Counted from the stretch's first letter, positions 9,598 to 19,120 are shown. The stretch: DNA of 64,000 bases from Bacteroidota bacterium (GCA_039805165.1 JBDLUS010000191.1:1500-65499), one strand, 5' to 3'. Notes: generated from the letters alone by a model not told the origin. Program-made: numbers and translations.

Positions 9598-10297
9598 TCG
9601 CACAAGAGATGGCATAAAGTCCAATTAATGTTAAATTCAATTCTACAAAGATGCGGTAATTAAGCTGTTTAGCAAAATGCACGGCGTCGGTACCCGTAAA
9701 TACAAGTTGAATATCTGGAAATAGGCTCATTGCCTCGACAATGTATCCTTTCAGCTCAGACAGAATTCCGAAATTCACGCTGCTAAGCATTGCACCTGTG
9801 GTTGAGTTTTGGAATGCTTCCAAAGATTCTTCAAAATTTATTTGAGGAAGTTTTCCAGTAAATTCATTCATCGCGCGAAGTCGAGATTGCGCACCCAAGG
9901 AAATAACTCCAGAGTGCAGCGAATTATCTTTTGCAATTGAGTAGGTAATGCACGTGCCGAAATCTATGATAAGACTTGTTGCTCCTTGAGATAATCTCGA
10001 AGCCCCCGCAACATTGGCCAATCGATCTTTACCAGCCTCGCCTGAAGTGTAGTGGTAGATCGGAAAATTTTCAGTAGGAATAACTCTGCAAAAGGAAAAC
10101 TGATTCAAGAATTCGATTTGCTCGGCCTCACTACGAACTGAAGAATAGAAAAAAGGTAAGTTGTGTTTTAAATGCAATTGATGTAGTTCAGAACTAATAT
10201 TTTCATCAAGAATTCTTCCCGATTCAACAAATGATTCATTCACGAAAAGCCCCCATTTCAGTGAGGTGTTGCCTTGGTCTAATACAATGCAATTCAT
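9587..10297 (-). CDS. coaX: type III pantothenate kinase
   Basis: 236 aa. The N-terminal ASKHA phosphate motif is LDQGNTSLKWGLF. IIDFGTCITY and the C-terminal FTGTDA are also present. Size is typical of CoaX. Confidence 0.85.
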   Translation of the reverse strand: MNCIVLDQGNTSLKWGLFVNESFVESGRILDENISSELHQLHLKHNLPFFYSSVRSEAEQIEFLNQFSFCRVIPTENFPIYHYTSGEAGKDRLANVAGASRLSQGATSLIIDFGTCITYSIAKDNSLHSGVISLGAQSRLRAMNEFTGKLPQINFEESLEAFQNSTTGAMLSSVNFGILSELKGYIVEAMSLFPDIQLVFTGTDAVHFAKQLNYRIFVELNLTLIGLYAISCANES

Positions 10298-10306
10298 TGG
10301 TAAGGA

Positions 10307-12385
10307 CTAGTTTTTAAGCACAGTGATTGTACCCCTGCGTTCGTACAAAACGCCTATTCCATTTTTCACAGTGATGTAGTACACGTATGCATTTTCATGA
10401 ACGTAATCACCTCCGTTAATTTTACCATCCCATTTATCTGAGAGCTTGTTCGTTTCAAAAATATAGTCACCCCATCTGCTGAAAATATTCATCGTGTATT
10501 GTGTGGTATCTGCGAAAGAAATGACCGGGTAAAACAATTCATTTTCACCATTGATCATCATCGCATTTGGAACCCAAATGAGAGGCTCCTGATCCAAACA
10601 TTTTTTGTTGCTATACGATGAAAATGTTTCATTTGGGAAATAGCTTATTGGTTCTGAATACGCCTTAATGCGATAGCAGAATTGTCCTTTTGAAGAAAGG
10701 AAGGGTTCGAGGTCGTCTTGGAAATACAAATAGTTCGAAGGCCCTGTAGACGCTTGAGTTTCCGCTGCACCGTCTACAGATCGGAGGACTTCGTATTCTT
10801 GAACACCATTCTCCCAATCTTCGTATTTCGACCAGTTCAAACTGTTCAATAACAATTCAGAATTGTTCGCTCCGCGCAAACGAATGTTTTTTCCAACATT
10901 GGTTGTGTCGAGGTAATAGCCACAAGGGTTTTGTACAACAACGCGATAATCATAAATGATGTCATCTGAATTTACATCCGTGTCAGTGAAAACAATATTC
11001 GTGGCAGATTGGGTAATGTCTAGACGGTATTCCCAATCGTATGGAGGGTATAGATTTTTTCGTTGAAGAATGTACTTATGTGGCACCAATGTCGCTTCTG
11101 ATCGAACTGTAATGTCTATGGTTTTAGAACTATTTACACTAACCGAGGTAATGTAATTAATGCTCGGGGGTGTTGGGTACGAAACGTTTATTGATTGAAT
11201 ATTTGATGCTGAAGTTAATCCTGCAGTGGAGTACGCGATCACCCCGTAGTAATTCAATCCGGAAGATATAGATGAGAATTCGTGAGTGCCTTGAAGAGTG
11301 CTTCCGTTCACGGTGTCTACCGGATTGAAATTCACACCGTCGGCACTGTGCATAAGAACATAATAATCTACACCCGAATTCCAGCCGGAATAAGCACTCC
11401 AAGAAAAGTCAATGCTGTTTTCACAAAGCGTGTATGTTGACGGGCTTAAGAAAATCGTGCAGTTGCAGACACTACCCGTTGGGCTCGTGTTTGGGCTGGG
11501 AGGAGTTCCTGTATAACAAGTGTCAATGGCAGATAACAAATAACATTCAGGACCGGTGCTTGGAGTTGATAGCAAGTCGCTGAATAAGGTTGTGTTTATT
11601 CCGAAAACGGTGTCTATTAAGTTAACTGTTGAACCACTGCAAGAATAAACAATGTATCCGTCAGTGTCGCCTGAGGGATTTACATTCCAATTCAATTCAG
11701 CCTGACCTGTTGCTGGGTTTACGGTTACACTGGTGACAGTAGGAATTGCAGGTGCTGTTTGGTCATAAAAAATTCCGCTAGCAATATTGCTTGCGAAGTC
11801 ACAATTCGGAAGACCGCTGTATCTAATTTGGAAATTTAATTGTTCTCCACAAACGGTCACTTCATAATCAAATGATGTACTTGCGCCGGGTAGTGTTGCA
11901 ATTTTACTCCACAGACCAACAGGATATTCTAACCAAACATCGGCATTTACTGCAGCTAACCAGGCAGCGTTGTTCGTTGGTGAGTTCCACTGGAGGTTAG
12001 CGAATCCGGGGGGAGAAACAGAAGGAGATGCGGTTAAAAAGGTGCTGCAAAAAGTTGCGGAATTAGTATAGTTCGGAACTCCGCTAACTAAATCTTCTGA
12101 TGAAATAAATACACAAACAGACGAGGCACTAGCGTCGACATTTGAATAAACGAAAGTGCCCGATAAATTGGTAGTTTGTGCTATTTCTGAAAGGTTCCCA
12201 GTGGCATCAGTCGCATAAATATGATTCGCTGCAAATGTGATTGGGTTTGGAGTGGTGTACCAAGAGATTGAAACACTTGTACCTTGTACCTCAAGGCAGG
12301 TAATGGTCGCCAGGGATTGACCATTACTAGAACGGGTAAATAATAATCCGAAGACTACAAGGCAAAGTATAAAGTACTTGTTCAT
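10307..12385 (-). CDS. cell-surface protein with T9SS type B (gliding motility-associated) C-terminal sorting domain
   Basis: 692 aa with a signal peptide and repeated Ig/FN3-like segments. The C-terminus is PNAMMINGENELFYPV...MNIFSRWGDYIFETNKLSDKWDGKING...YVYYITV...GTITVLKN, which matches the type B CTD pattern. Confidence 0.8.
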   Translation of the reverse strand: MNKYFILCLVVFGLLFTRSSNGQSLATITCLEVQGTSVSISWYTTPNPITFAANHIYATDATGNLSEIAQTTNLSGTFVYSNVDASASSVCVFISSEDLVSGVPNYTNSATFCSTFLTASPSVSPPGFANLQWNSPTNNAAWLAAVNADVWLEYPVGLWSKIATLPGASTSFDYEVTVCGEQLNFQIRYSGLPNCDFASNIASGIFYDQTAPAIPTVTSVTVNPATGQAELNWNVNPSGDTDGYIVYSCSGSTVNLIDTVFGINTTLFSDLLSTPSTGPECYLLSAIDTCYTGTPPSPNTSPTGSVCNCTIFLSPSTYTLCENSIDFSWSAYSGWNSGVDYYVLMHSADGVNFNPVDTVNGSTLQGTHEFSSISSGLNYYGVIAYSTAGLTSASNIQSINVSYPTPPSINYITSVSVNSSKTIDITVRSEATLVPHKYILQRKNLYPPYDWEYRLDITQSATNIVFTDTDVNSDDIIYDYRVVVQNPCGYYLDTTNVGKNIRLRGANNSELLLNSLNWSKYEDWENGVQEYEVLRSVDGAAETQASTGPSNYLYFQDDLEPFLSSKGQFCYRIKAYSEPISYFPNETFSSYSNKKCLDQEPLIWVPNAMMINGENELFYPVISFADTTQYTMNIFSRWGDYIFETNKLSDKWDGKINGGDYVHENAYVYYITVKNGIGVLYERRGTITVLKN

Positions 12386-12399
12386 TTTTTAGAAGAGTG

Positions 12400-12407
12400 C
12401 AAAAATA
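12400..12407 (-). promoter_or_regulatory. candidate Bacteroidota -7 promoter box (TATTTTTG)
   Basis: Perfect TAnnTTTG on the minus strand, 14 nt upstream of the ATG at 12385. Confidence 0.35.
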
Positions 12408-12444
12408 GGCCTTCGGTTGCATACATGGCCATTCTCAAACGGAA

Positions 12445-13389
12445 TTAAAATGAAATATTGCCCATATTTTTTTGAGCCTCTTGGAATTCTGAAATGGTTT
12501 GGTCAATTACCTCTTTCGCAGAAACAATTTCTTTTATTCGAGCACTTACTTGACCTATTTCCAATTCGCCTTCTTCAAGGTCACCCAATGACATACCTTT
12601 TTTGGCACGTCCTCTCCCTAATAAATTCTTCAAATCGTCAATGCTAGCGCCCGTTTCGTAGGCATTTACAACTGCTTTGAAAAATGGGCTGTTCAGCAAC
12701 CGAACGGGAGTTATTTCATGAAGTGTAAGCTTCGTGTCTCCTTCTTTGGCATGCAAAATTGCATTCTTGAAATTCTCATGCGCAGCAGATTCTTGCGTCA
12801 TAACAAAGCGAGAGCCCATTTGCACGCCATGTGCACCAAGTGCCATAGCAGCAAGCATACTTTTTCCGCAAGAAATTCCGCCTGCGGCAATAACTGGAAT
12901 TGTGACTGTTTCAACGACACTTGGAATTAAACAAAGTGTGGTTGTTTCTTCTCTTCCGTTGTGTCCACCTGCCTCGAAGCCTTCGGCTACAATTGCGTCC
13001 ACACCAGCTTCTTGCGACTTCAAGGCGAAAGCGCTGCTACTCACAACATGGGCAACTTTTATTCCTGAAGACTTTAATCTTTCTGTGTATTTCTTTGGAC
13101 TTCCTGCGGAGGTAAATACAATTGGAACTCGGTATTTTTCAATTAGAGCAATGTGTTCTTCAATGTTAGGGTAGAGAAGCGGAAGGTTTACCCCGAAAGG
13201 TTTATCGGTAAGCACGTGGCAATTTTTAATCTCTTCTTCGAGTTGATCGGGATACATAGATCCGGCACCGAGTAAGCCTAAACCGCCCGCATTGGAAACT
13301 GCCGATACCAGTTTCGCTCCGGTGCACCAGATCATTCCACCTTGAATTACGGGGTACTTAATTCCAAAAAGTTGACTAACTGAGTTCAT
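12445..13389 (-). CDS. nitronate monooxygenase / FabK-like FMN oxidoreductase (NPD family)
   Basis: 314 aa with a TIM-barrel FMN pattern: YPVIQGGMIWC, GVNLPLLYP, AEGFEAGGHNG, PVIAAGGI, GAHGVQMGSRF. Confidence 0.85.
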   Translation of the reverse strand: MNSVSQLFGIKYPVIQGGMIWCTGAKLVSAVSNAGGLGLLGAGSMYPDQLEEEIKNCHVLTDKPFGVNLPLLYPNIEEHIALIEKYRVPIVFTSAGSPKKYTERLKSSGIKVAHVVSSSAFALKSQEAGVDAIVAEGFEAGGHNGREETTTLCLIPSVVETVTIPVIAAGGISCGKSMLAAMALGAHGVQMGSRFVMTQESAAHENFKNAILHAKEGDTKLTLHEITPVRLLNSPFFKAVVNAYETGASIDDLKNLLGRGRAKKGMSLGDLEEGELEIGQVSARIKEIVSAKEVIDQTISEFQEAQKNMGNISF

Positions 13390-13469
13390 GTTTAAATTTT
13401 CCCCAAAAATGCGAAAAACAATTGAGTGTCAGAAATTGTTGATTATCTTAGCGAACGACTTTACCCAAA

Positions 13470-14483
13470 ATGAAAAAAATACTATTCTTTTTTAGCTTGG
13501 TTTTAGTGCTCGCAGCATCAGAAGCAACGGCTCAATACCGTTGGGATTTTGGATTAAAAGTGGGCGCTTCGAACTACCTCGGAGACATTGGAGGTAAATA
13601 TCTTCCACGAAGAGATTTCGTTGTGGATATGCATCTGGTGTCAACTCGAATGTCTGCAGGTGCATACATGCGCTACAAAGTGAATAAGCGTTTAGCTTTT
13701 TCAGCTAATTTCGATTGGATTCGCATTACAGACAGAGACGCATACACCACCTACGCTCCACGTCGTGCTCGCAACGCAAATTTTCAAAATGACTTATTAG
13801 AGTTAGGTGGTCGCGCTGAAATGACCATTTGGTATGACAACGATGTTGGAAACAAAGGGTATTACAATCCAGATTTCAAAGTCTTCTTGTTTGCCGGACT
13901 CGCAGGTTACTCATCAAATCCGAAAGGACAGATTTACAACAATGGTGAAGTTCAGTACGGGGGAGAATGGTTCGAATTACGTGATTGGAAAACCGAAGGG
14001 CAGAAGGAATCATATGCTAAATATGGTTTAGCAATTCCAGCCGGTATTGGCGCGTATTTCACCTACAATAAAAAGTGGAGAGTGCAGTGGGATTTAAGTT
14101 GGAGAACGGTGTTCACGGATTATTTAGATGATATTTCAACCGTATACACCACACCAAATTCAGATGATTCACGAATTGGAAATACAGGAGAGTCTCTAGC
14201 CTATGAATACGTGAACAATCAGACTTATCAGGCATTGTTAGACGGTTTGGTTGCAGAAAATCCTGAGTATACAGCTGCGGATTTATCGATTGAGAATTTC
14301 CAAATTGCACCAGCAGGCGCAACGTATCAATCTCCGAGAGGGAATGCAACAAACAACGATAGCTATCTAACCACTCAATTAACTGTTACAAGAGTCGTAC
14401 GTGGAAGATCGAGCTTCTACAAGTCGAAATATAGTTACATGAAAGGAAAGCCTGGAGTTAGAAAGTCTAGAGCAAAGTTCTAA
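13470..14483 (+). CDS. outer-membrane beta-barrel protein (DUF6089-like), hypothetical
   Basis: 337 aa. A signal peptide ending in AQ is followed by YRWDFGLKVGASNYLGDIGG, and the C-terminal residue is F. The family name comes from memory of similar flavobacterial proteins. Confidence 0.5.
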   Translation: MKKILFFFSLVLVLAASEATAQYRWDFGLKVGASNYLGDIGGKYLPRRDFVVDMHLVSTRMSAGAYMRYKVNKRLAFSANFDWIRITDRDAYTTYAPRRARNANFQNDLLELGGRAEMTIWYDNDVGNKGYYNPDFKVFLFAGLAGYSSNPKGQIYNNGEVQYGGEWFELRDWKTEGQKESYAKYGLAIPAGIGAYFTYNKKWRVQWDLSWRTVFTDYLDDISTVYTTPNSDDSRIGNTGESLAYEYVNNQTYQALLDGLVAENPEYTAADLSIENFQIAPAGATYQSPRGNATNNDSYLTTQLTVTRVVRGRSSFYKSKYSYMKGKPGVRKSRAKF

Positions 14484-14485
14484 GA

Positions 14486-15313
14486 CTATAAATATTGAAT
14501 CAATTTCGAGAGTGGTTTACGCAGCAGCGTAAACCACTTTGGTTTTAGGCCATTTATTTTCCACGCCAAGCGATCCTCTCTGTTCGCGCGAATGCGATTT
14601 TTTAGACTAACGTTACTAACTCCTCCAGCACGCATGTGTATCATTACCTTCGGCAGATGCACGGCGCTGCATGATTCCTTGAAAAGAAATCTTAGCATCA
14701 GTTCATAGTCAGCGGCGCTTTTGAATTGAGTGTCGAACTTTCCGAATTTGTCGTAACACGATTTCCGAACGAAAAAAGTCGGGTGAGGGGGCATCCAGCC
14801 TTTTAAGAAGTTTTGTTTTCGGAATGATCCGCTTCGCCATTTGCGAACGATTTTAGAAGTATCAATGGGATCAACATAATTCAAATCACCATATAGGCAA
14901 TCCGTATTGTTTTGCTGAAAAGCTCGCACGACCTCTTCAATAATATCATTGGAACAATAGAAATCATCACTGTTCAGAACCCCAATAACTTCTCCAGTGG
15001 CCATCGCTAACCCCTTATTCATGGCGTCGTAAATGCCTTTATCTCTTTCGCACAAAAATTTAGTGACCACTCCTTGCGAAGCACCTTTCGAAGCATCTTG
15101 TGCAACATCTTTCTTCGAACCTTGCGAAGCATCTTGTGAAACATCTTTCGCAGAATCTAGAAATTGTTTCACAATTTCTATCGTTCCATCACTTGAATTT
15201 CCATCGACAACGATATACTCGATGTCTTTGTATGTTTGAGACTGAACAGATTTTAAGGTGTCTGCAATGGTTCTTGCACTGTTGTAACTTACAGTTATGA
15301 GACTAACCTTCAT
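14486..15313 (-). CDS. family 2 glycosyltransferase with an internal low-complexity insertion
   Basis: 275 aa. The GT2 N-terminus reads VSLITVSYNSARTIADTLKSVQSQTYKDIEYIVVDGNSSDGT. ERDKGIYDAMNKG and LNSDD (DxD region) are also present. Confidence 0.85.
   Translation of the reverse strand: MKVSLITVSYNSARTIADTLKSVQSQTYKDIEYIVVDGNSSDGTIEIVKQFLDSAKDVSQDASQGSKKDVAQDASKGASQGVVTKFLCERDKGIYDAMNKGLAMATGEVIGVLNSDDFYCSNDIIEEVVRAFQQNNTDCLYGDLNYVDPIDTSKIVRKWRSGSFRKQNFLKGWMPPHPTFFVRKSCYDKFGKFDTQFKSAADYELMLRFLFKESCSAVHLPKVMIHMRAGGVSNVSLKNRIRANREDRLAWKINGLKPKWFTLLRKPLSKLIQYL
15072..15155 (-). repeat. in-frame 36-nt tandem duplication (2.3 copies) inside the GT2 gene
   Basis: 15084-15119 and 15120-15155 differ at about 5 of 36 positions, and 15072-15083 is a partial third copy. 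The encoded peptide is SAKDVSQDASQG / SKKDVAQDASKG / ASQG. Confidence 0.8.
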
Positions 15314-15318
15314 TGGGC

Positions 15319-15921
15319 TTAGAAGTTCCTCCCAATTAGGAAATAAAGCACTTGATTGTAATTTCCTTTTTCGTAGTAGGAGTTTGGATTAGCAAAATTC
15401 GGAGAAGGGCGTGTTGGTACCATACTCGAAGAGAATCGCCCTTCAATGAAAAAGTGATCGCCCATTTGCAAAGTAGCGCCTACGGTAATTCCAACATCGT
15501 AATTACGAAAGGCAGGATTCACATCATATGTTAAGGCGTTCGCAAGAATGTCTTGCTTAATCAAACGACCATAATACACACCAGTTAGAAATGTGAACGG
15601 TCCATTTTGAAAAGAGTATTGCACAGGTACCTCAATGTATCTTAATCGATAGGCAAAGGTGTTGAAATTTAGCGTGTCGCGCTTAGTGCGAGAACCTTTG
15701 TCTGCGTAATTAAGTCCAATACGAAAGCCGTTTTTCGAAGAAAGCGGTGCACTTACAAAAGCACCTCCAGTAATTCCAAATTTGTCCCAACCACCAAGCC
15801 CATCACCACTAATCTGAGAAGTAGTCATCCCAAAAGAAACGCCTGCTTTGAATGCTTGCTGAGCGTTGCTTTCAAACGAAAGCAAAAAGAGAAATAGAAG
15901 AATTAGTTTAGTTGATTTCAT
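15319..15921 (-). CDS. small outer-membrane beta-barrel (porin-family) protein
   Basis: ORF 15319..15933. The likely start is at 15921 (MKSTKLILLFLFLLSFESNAQ). About 200 aa with an alternating strand pattern and a C-terminal F. It overlaps the upstream gene's stop by 14 nt. Confidence 0.55.
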   Translation of the reverse strand: MKSTKLILLFLFLLSFESNAQQAFKAGVSFGMTTSQISGDGLGGWDKFGITGGAFVSAPLSSKNGFRIGLNYADKGSRTKRDTLNFNTFAYRLRYIEVPVQYSFQNGPFTFLTGVYYGRLIKQDILANALTYDVNPAFRNYDVGITVGATLQMGDHFFIEGRFSSSMVPTRPSPNFANPNSYYEKGNYNQVLYFLIGRNF

Positions 15922-16777
15922 ATTCAATCGCATTCAACACTTCATGGCTGTTTGCATCAACCAAATAGCCAACCACGGTCATATTTGTTGGAACCCAATT
16001 TGCTTGAAGTGGAATAGTAAAACTGTTGGTTGAAGAATATCCAGTTGAAGGGCTATTTATAACAAGATTCCCCATAGGTTCGGTGACATTGGTGCGTAGA
16101 ACATGCTCGTGCTCATATTCCTCAATTTCAGAAGGAGTTTGACTGTAATCTTCTTGAGCGCTTATGATATGATTCTCAACCAAAAGAACTACGAGATTAA
16201 CGTTGCCCGTGTAATCTCCAATAAATTGCGAGTTCATGTGGATGTTAAGAACGTTGTCTGCTGCGACATATTCGCAGTTGGCCTGCAATGCTACAGGAGT
16301 TGAAACGTTCAATCGATTGGTAACAATACTCTGCCAACTGCTTGGGTTTGCAGGATCGAGGTATTCATAACTGCTTAATCCTCCTAGGCGATCAATTCGA
16401 GCAGTTGGATTGAATCCTCCGTTCAACTGAGCCCAGTATACATTGCCAACAGGAGTGGTATAATCAGTTTGAAACAAAGTTCCCCCAGTAGCAGCAAGAG
16501 ATCCTGCATGAATAGCGACAGTAACCATGCGCTCTCCTAATTGGGCGTCGAGTTCTAAAGCAAGTGCAGTCGAAGGCGGACAAAAACCGCAAAGGTGACC
16601 AGTAAATTCTTCGAATAGAACATTTCGATTTGCCTCAGTGGTGGTATTAAAGGTCGGTGCTGGTCCGTATAAATCATCACGGTATTTGTTCTTTGCTACA
16701 GTAACCGGATTCTCAATACGGTCGCAAGCTCCGAACAAAAGAGCTGCGGCAAGTAGGATAAAGTAATTCTTTTTCAT
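15908..16777 (-). CDS. Omp28-related / thioredoxin-fold lipoprotein with CxxC motif
   Basis: 289 aa with a lipoprotein signal (LLFGAC). The motif FEEFTGHLCGFCPPS contains CGFC, as in Omp28-related proteins as I recall them. Confidence 0.55.
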   Translation of the reverse strand: MKKNYFILLAAALLFGACDRIENPVTVAKNKYRDDLYGPAPTFNTTTEANRNVLFEEFTGHLCGFCPPSTALALELDAQLGERMVTVAIHAGSLAATGGTLFQTDYTTPVGNVYWAQLNGGFNPTARIDRLGGLSSYEYLDPANPSSWQSIVTNRLNVSTPVALQANCEYVAADNVLNIHMNSQFIGDYTGNVNLVVLLVENHIISAQEDYSQTPSEIEEYEHEHVLRTNVTEPMGNLVINSPSTGYSSTNSFTIPLQANWVPTNMTVVGYLVDANSHEVLNAIEYEIN

Positions 16778-16778
16778 A

Positions 16779-18464
16779 TTAAAAACTTGCAGTGTACATT
16801 AATTCAAATCCGTTAGTGGCTGGAACTGCTCGGCAAACTCCTCCAATACAAAATACACCCTCTCTTCTTTTTCCGTATCCAAGAGTTAAGCGCTGAGAAC
16901 CGTTGATATAGCCAACTGTTCCAAACAGATAGTGAATGCGTTTTTCTGCTACTGAATTTCCATAGTTGTATTGATCAATTAATCCAATACTCCAATGAGG
17001 TGAGTGAGAGAACTCTGCAACGACAGTGGCCCAATCTCCTTTGTCTTGATCTGTTTGAAGTCCTTGAAGTTCAAGGTGAAGGTTGTCTTTAGGAGTAAAT
17101 TTGTAGTTCATTTCGAGAACTTCAATATTCGCATAAACAATACCCTTGAAATCATTCGTAACAGGTGTAACCAACGTGTTGAATTCAAAATAATAGTAAG
17201 TGAAACCTGTTGAGAATTTTTTACTTAGTTTTTTCTTCACCTCCAAATTGAAATCTCTCACGTACTTCGTTGGTCCAAATTTCACGGAATTGATTTCATA
17301 GCCTTCAGTGTAGGCTTCAATTCCACTTAGGCGGGTTGTATCCAAACCATTCGCAGCAGCGAAGTTGGCTGAAATTTGAGTGCCATATTTTCCTCCGAGT
17401 TTTGTCCCTTTCTTGAAGGTGTAGAATACCTCACCCATAAAACTAACCTCACCGGTTAAAGGTGTGGCATATGGATACAGTGTGGCTGCTAAGTTGTATG
17501 TATGTTGTTTTGTAATTGAAGGCAAATAGTTGGTTGGCACATCGAATAACTTCAAGTTACGGTCTGCACGGAAACTCATATTGTCTATGTATTTCACTGC
17601 TGCATTTACCCCGAGACCACTTCCGCTGTAGGACGCATTTAAGAAGAACGCTTTTCCTTTTCTGTACAGGTAGGCGTTATCTGCACTTGGATCATTTATC
17701 TTTTCAGCATATTCCGCTGATACTGCTATAGCATTCCTATTCAGTTGCAGGCGAACGGCAGAACTTGATACATTATTGGGGGTTAAGAAAATTAATGAAT
17801 CTTGAAAACGAGTTTCACCATTTTGGTATCGACTCACAAAGCTACCACCGAGTGTTAATTGTGTTTGCTTCTCAGCAAGTGATTTGAAAATAGAATTCAA
17901 GTTGAACTCAGCGTCTGTGCCACGAATAATACCATCTGCGTTGGTAGACCTGCTGTCGAAGTCGAGGCGCTGACGACCGTAAATTCCTTTAAGTGTTATT
18001 CCTTTTTTCGGAGTAATGATTAAACGTGCACCATCCAATGCATTGTCTATTCCCAGGTTCGGTTCCCAATAAGTACGAAGGGTAAGACCGTTTCCAAATT
18101 GCTCATAAAAATTTCCAATCGTTACATTGAAAATGCTGTCTTGGTATTGCACGAATCTGTTTCCAATACCCGTTCCCTTGTATCTATTTTGTGCACTGAA
18201 ACCTTGAATCGCATTGTTATATGTTTCAAAGCGCATTCCTGCACTAAAACCACCTTGGGTGTACATTAGATTTCCAAAACCATTAATTGCGGTGGTTGCA
18301 GGCGGAACGGTCGCACCAATAAGGCTGTCTTCGCTATACTGCTGTGAAAGGAATTGGAAATTCCCGTGCAATTGTCCAGGTTTTTTCGGGTCGCCTTGTG
18401 CTTGAACACCCAAGGCGAAAGCAAGTAAAGCAGAGAATACAAGTAACTTTTTCATTCTATTCAT
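16779..18464 (-). CDS. large outer-membrane beta-barrel protein (DUF6029-like), hypothetical
   Basis: 561 aa with a signal peptide (ALGVQAQ). It has an extended alternating strand pattern and the C-terminus is YTASF. It lies 1 nt from the next gene. The family name is from memory. Confidence 0.5.
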   Translation of the reverse strand: MNRMKKLLVFSALLAFALGVQAQGDPKKPGQLHGNFQFLSQQYSEDSLIGATVPPATTAINGFGNLMYTQGGFSAGMRFETYNNAIQGFSAQNRYKGTGIGNRFVQYQDSIFNVTIGNFYEQFGNGLTLRTYWEPNLGIDNALDGARLIITPKKGITLKGIYGRQRLDFDSRSTNADGIIRGTDAEFNLNSIFKSLAEKQTQLTLGGSFVSRYQNGETRFQDSLIFLTPNNVSSSAVRLQLNRNAIAVSAEYAEKINDPSADNAYLYRKGKAFFLNASYSGSGLGVNAAVKYIDNMSFRADRNLKLFDVPTNYLPSITKQHTYNLAATLYPYATPLTGEVSFMGEVFYTFKKGTKLGGKYGTQISANFAAANGLDTTRLSGIEAYTEGYEINSVKFGPTKYVRDFNLEVKKKLSKKFSTGFTYYYFEFNTLVTPVTNDFKGIVYANIEVLEMNYKFTPKDNLHLELQGLQTDQDKGDWATVVAEFSHSPHWSIGLIDQYNYGNSVAEKRIHYLFGTVGYINGSQRLTLGYGKRREGVFCIGGVCRAVPATNGFELMYTASF

Positions 18465-18494
18465 TGAGCGTCGAAAATACGTCGCATTCTGAAA

Positions 18495-18516
18495 TAAAAA
18501 AAGCCCTTTCGGGCTT
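18495..18516 (-). terminator. rho-independent terminator after the tlpA-like gene
   Basis: Stem AAGCCC (18501-18506) pairs with GGGCTT (18511-18516) around loop TTTC. A 7-T run follows on the minus strand. Confidence 0.6.
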
Positions 18517-18536
18517 ATAAGTTGGAATGAAGAGAA

Positions 18537-19022
18537 TTACTTCTTCAATTTCAAAAGTTGTTCATGAACTTCAGCTTCATCTCCTTCAGCATAGTTGTTA
18601 TGCTGCCATATAATTTTACCTGTGCCATCAACTAAAAAAGTGTGAGGAACATTGTTTACTCCCAAGGCCTGAGCGAATTGCTTATTGCTGTCTAACAATA
18701 TTTCATAAGGCCACATGACACTGCTAACGTATGGCGCTACACGCATCACAGAGCGTTGATCATCGATCGATACCGCTATTATTTTTACGCCTGTTTCTGC
18801 CTGCCAATCTTCGTAAAGATCTAAATAGTTGTTTAATTCTTTTTTACAAGGGCTGCACCAAGTGGCCCAAAAGCAGATTAATGTAGGCTTGCCATCTTGC
18901 GCAAGTGTTGCTGTGTTAATGGTTTTTCCGTTTAGATCTTTTAGATTGATGCTAGGAAGGGTTTCTTGAGCAGATAATCCAAGGGAAATGGCCAAGAAGA
19001 AAATTGAGATTGAAAGGCGCAT
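18537..19022 (-). CDS. TlpA-family periplasmic thiol:disulfide oxidoreductase
   Basis: 161 aa with a signal peptide and the redoxin motif FWATWCSPCKKE. Confidence 0.85.
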   Translation of the reverse strand: MRLSISIFFLAISLGLSAQETLPSINLKDLNGKTINTATLAQDGKPTLICFWATWCSPCKKELNNYLDLYEDWQAETGVKIIAVSIDDQRSVMRVAPYVSSVMWPYEILLDSNKQFAQALGVNNVPHTFLVDGTGKIIWQHNNYAEGDEAEVHEQLLKLKK

Positions 19023-19068
19023 AAAATATTTTTTTTAAAAGTAAAAAACTTTAGCCAATGACTGTACC

Positions 19069-19099
19069 AAAAAAAAAGAGCCGACGCATCGTCGGCTCT
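19069..19099 (-). terminator. rho-independent terminator after the T9SS thioredoxin-domain gene
   Basis: A 10-bp stem AGAGCCGACG (19077-19086) pairs with CGTCGGCTCT (19090-19099). A 9-T run follows on the minus strand. Confidence 0.75.
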
Positions 19100-19120
19100 T
19101 CTTCCTTGAATGAATCAAGA

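Noticed and set aside
12734-13174. 146-aa plus-strand ORF inside the nitronate monooxygenase gene
   Set aside because: This is a shadow ORF opposite a gene with clear FMN-barrel motifs.
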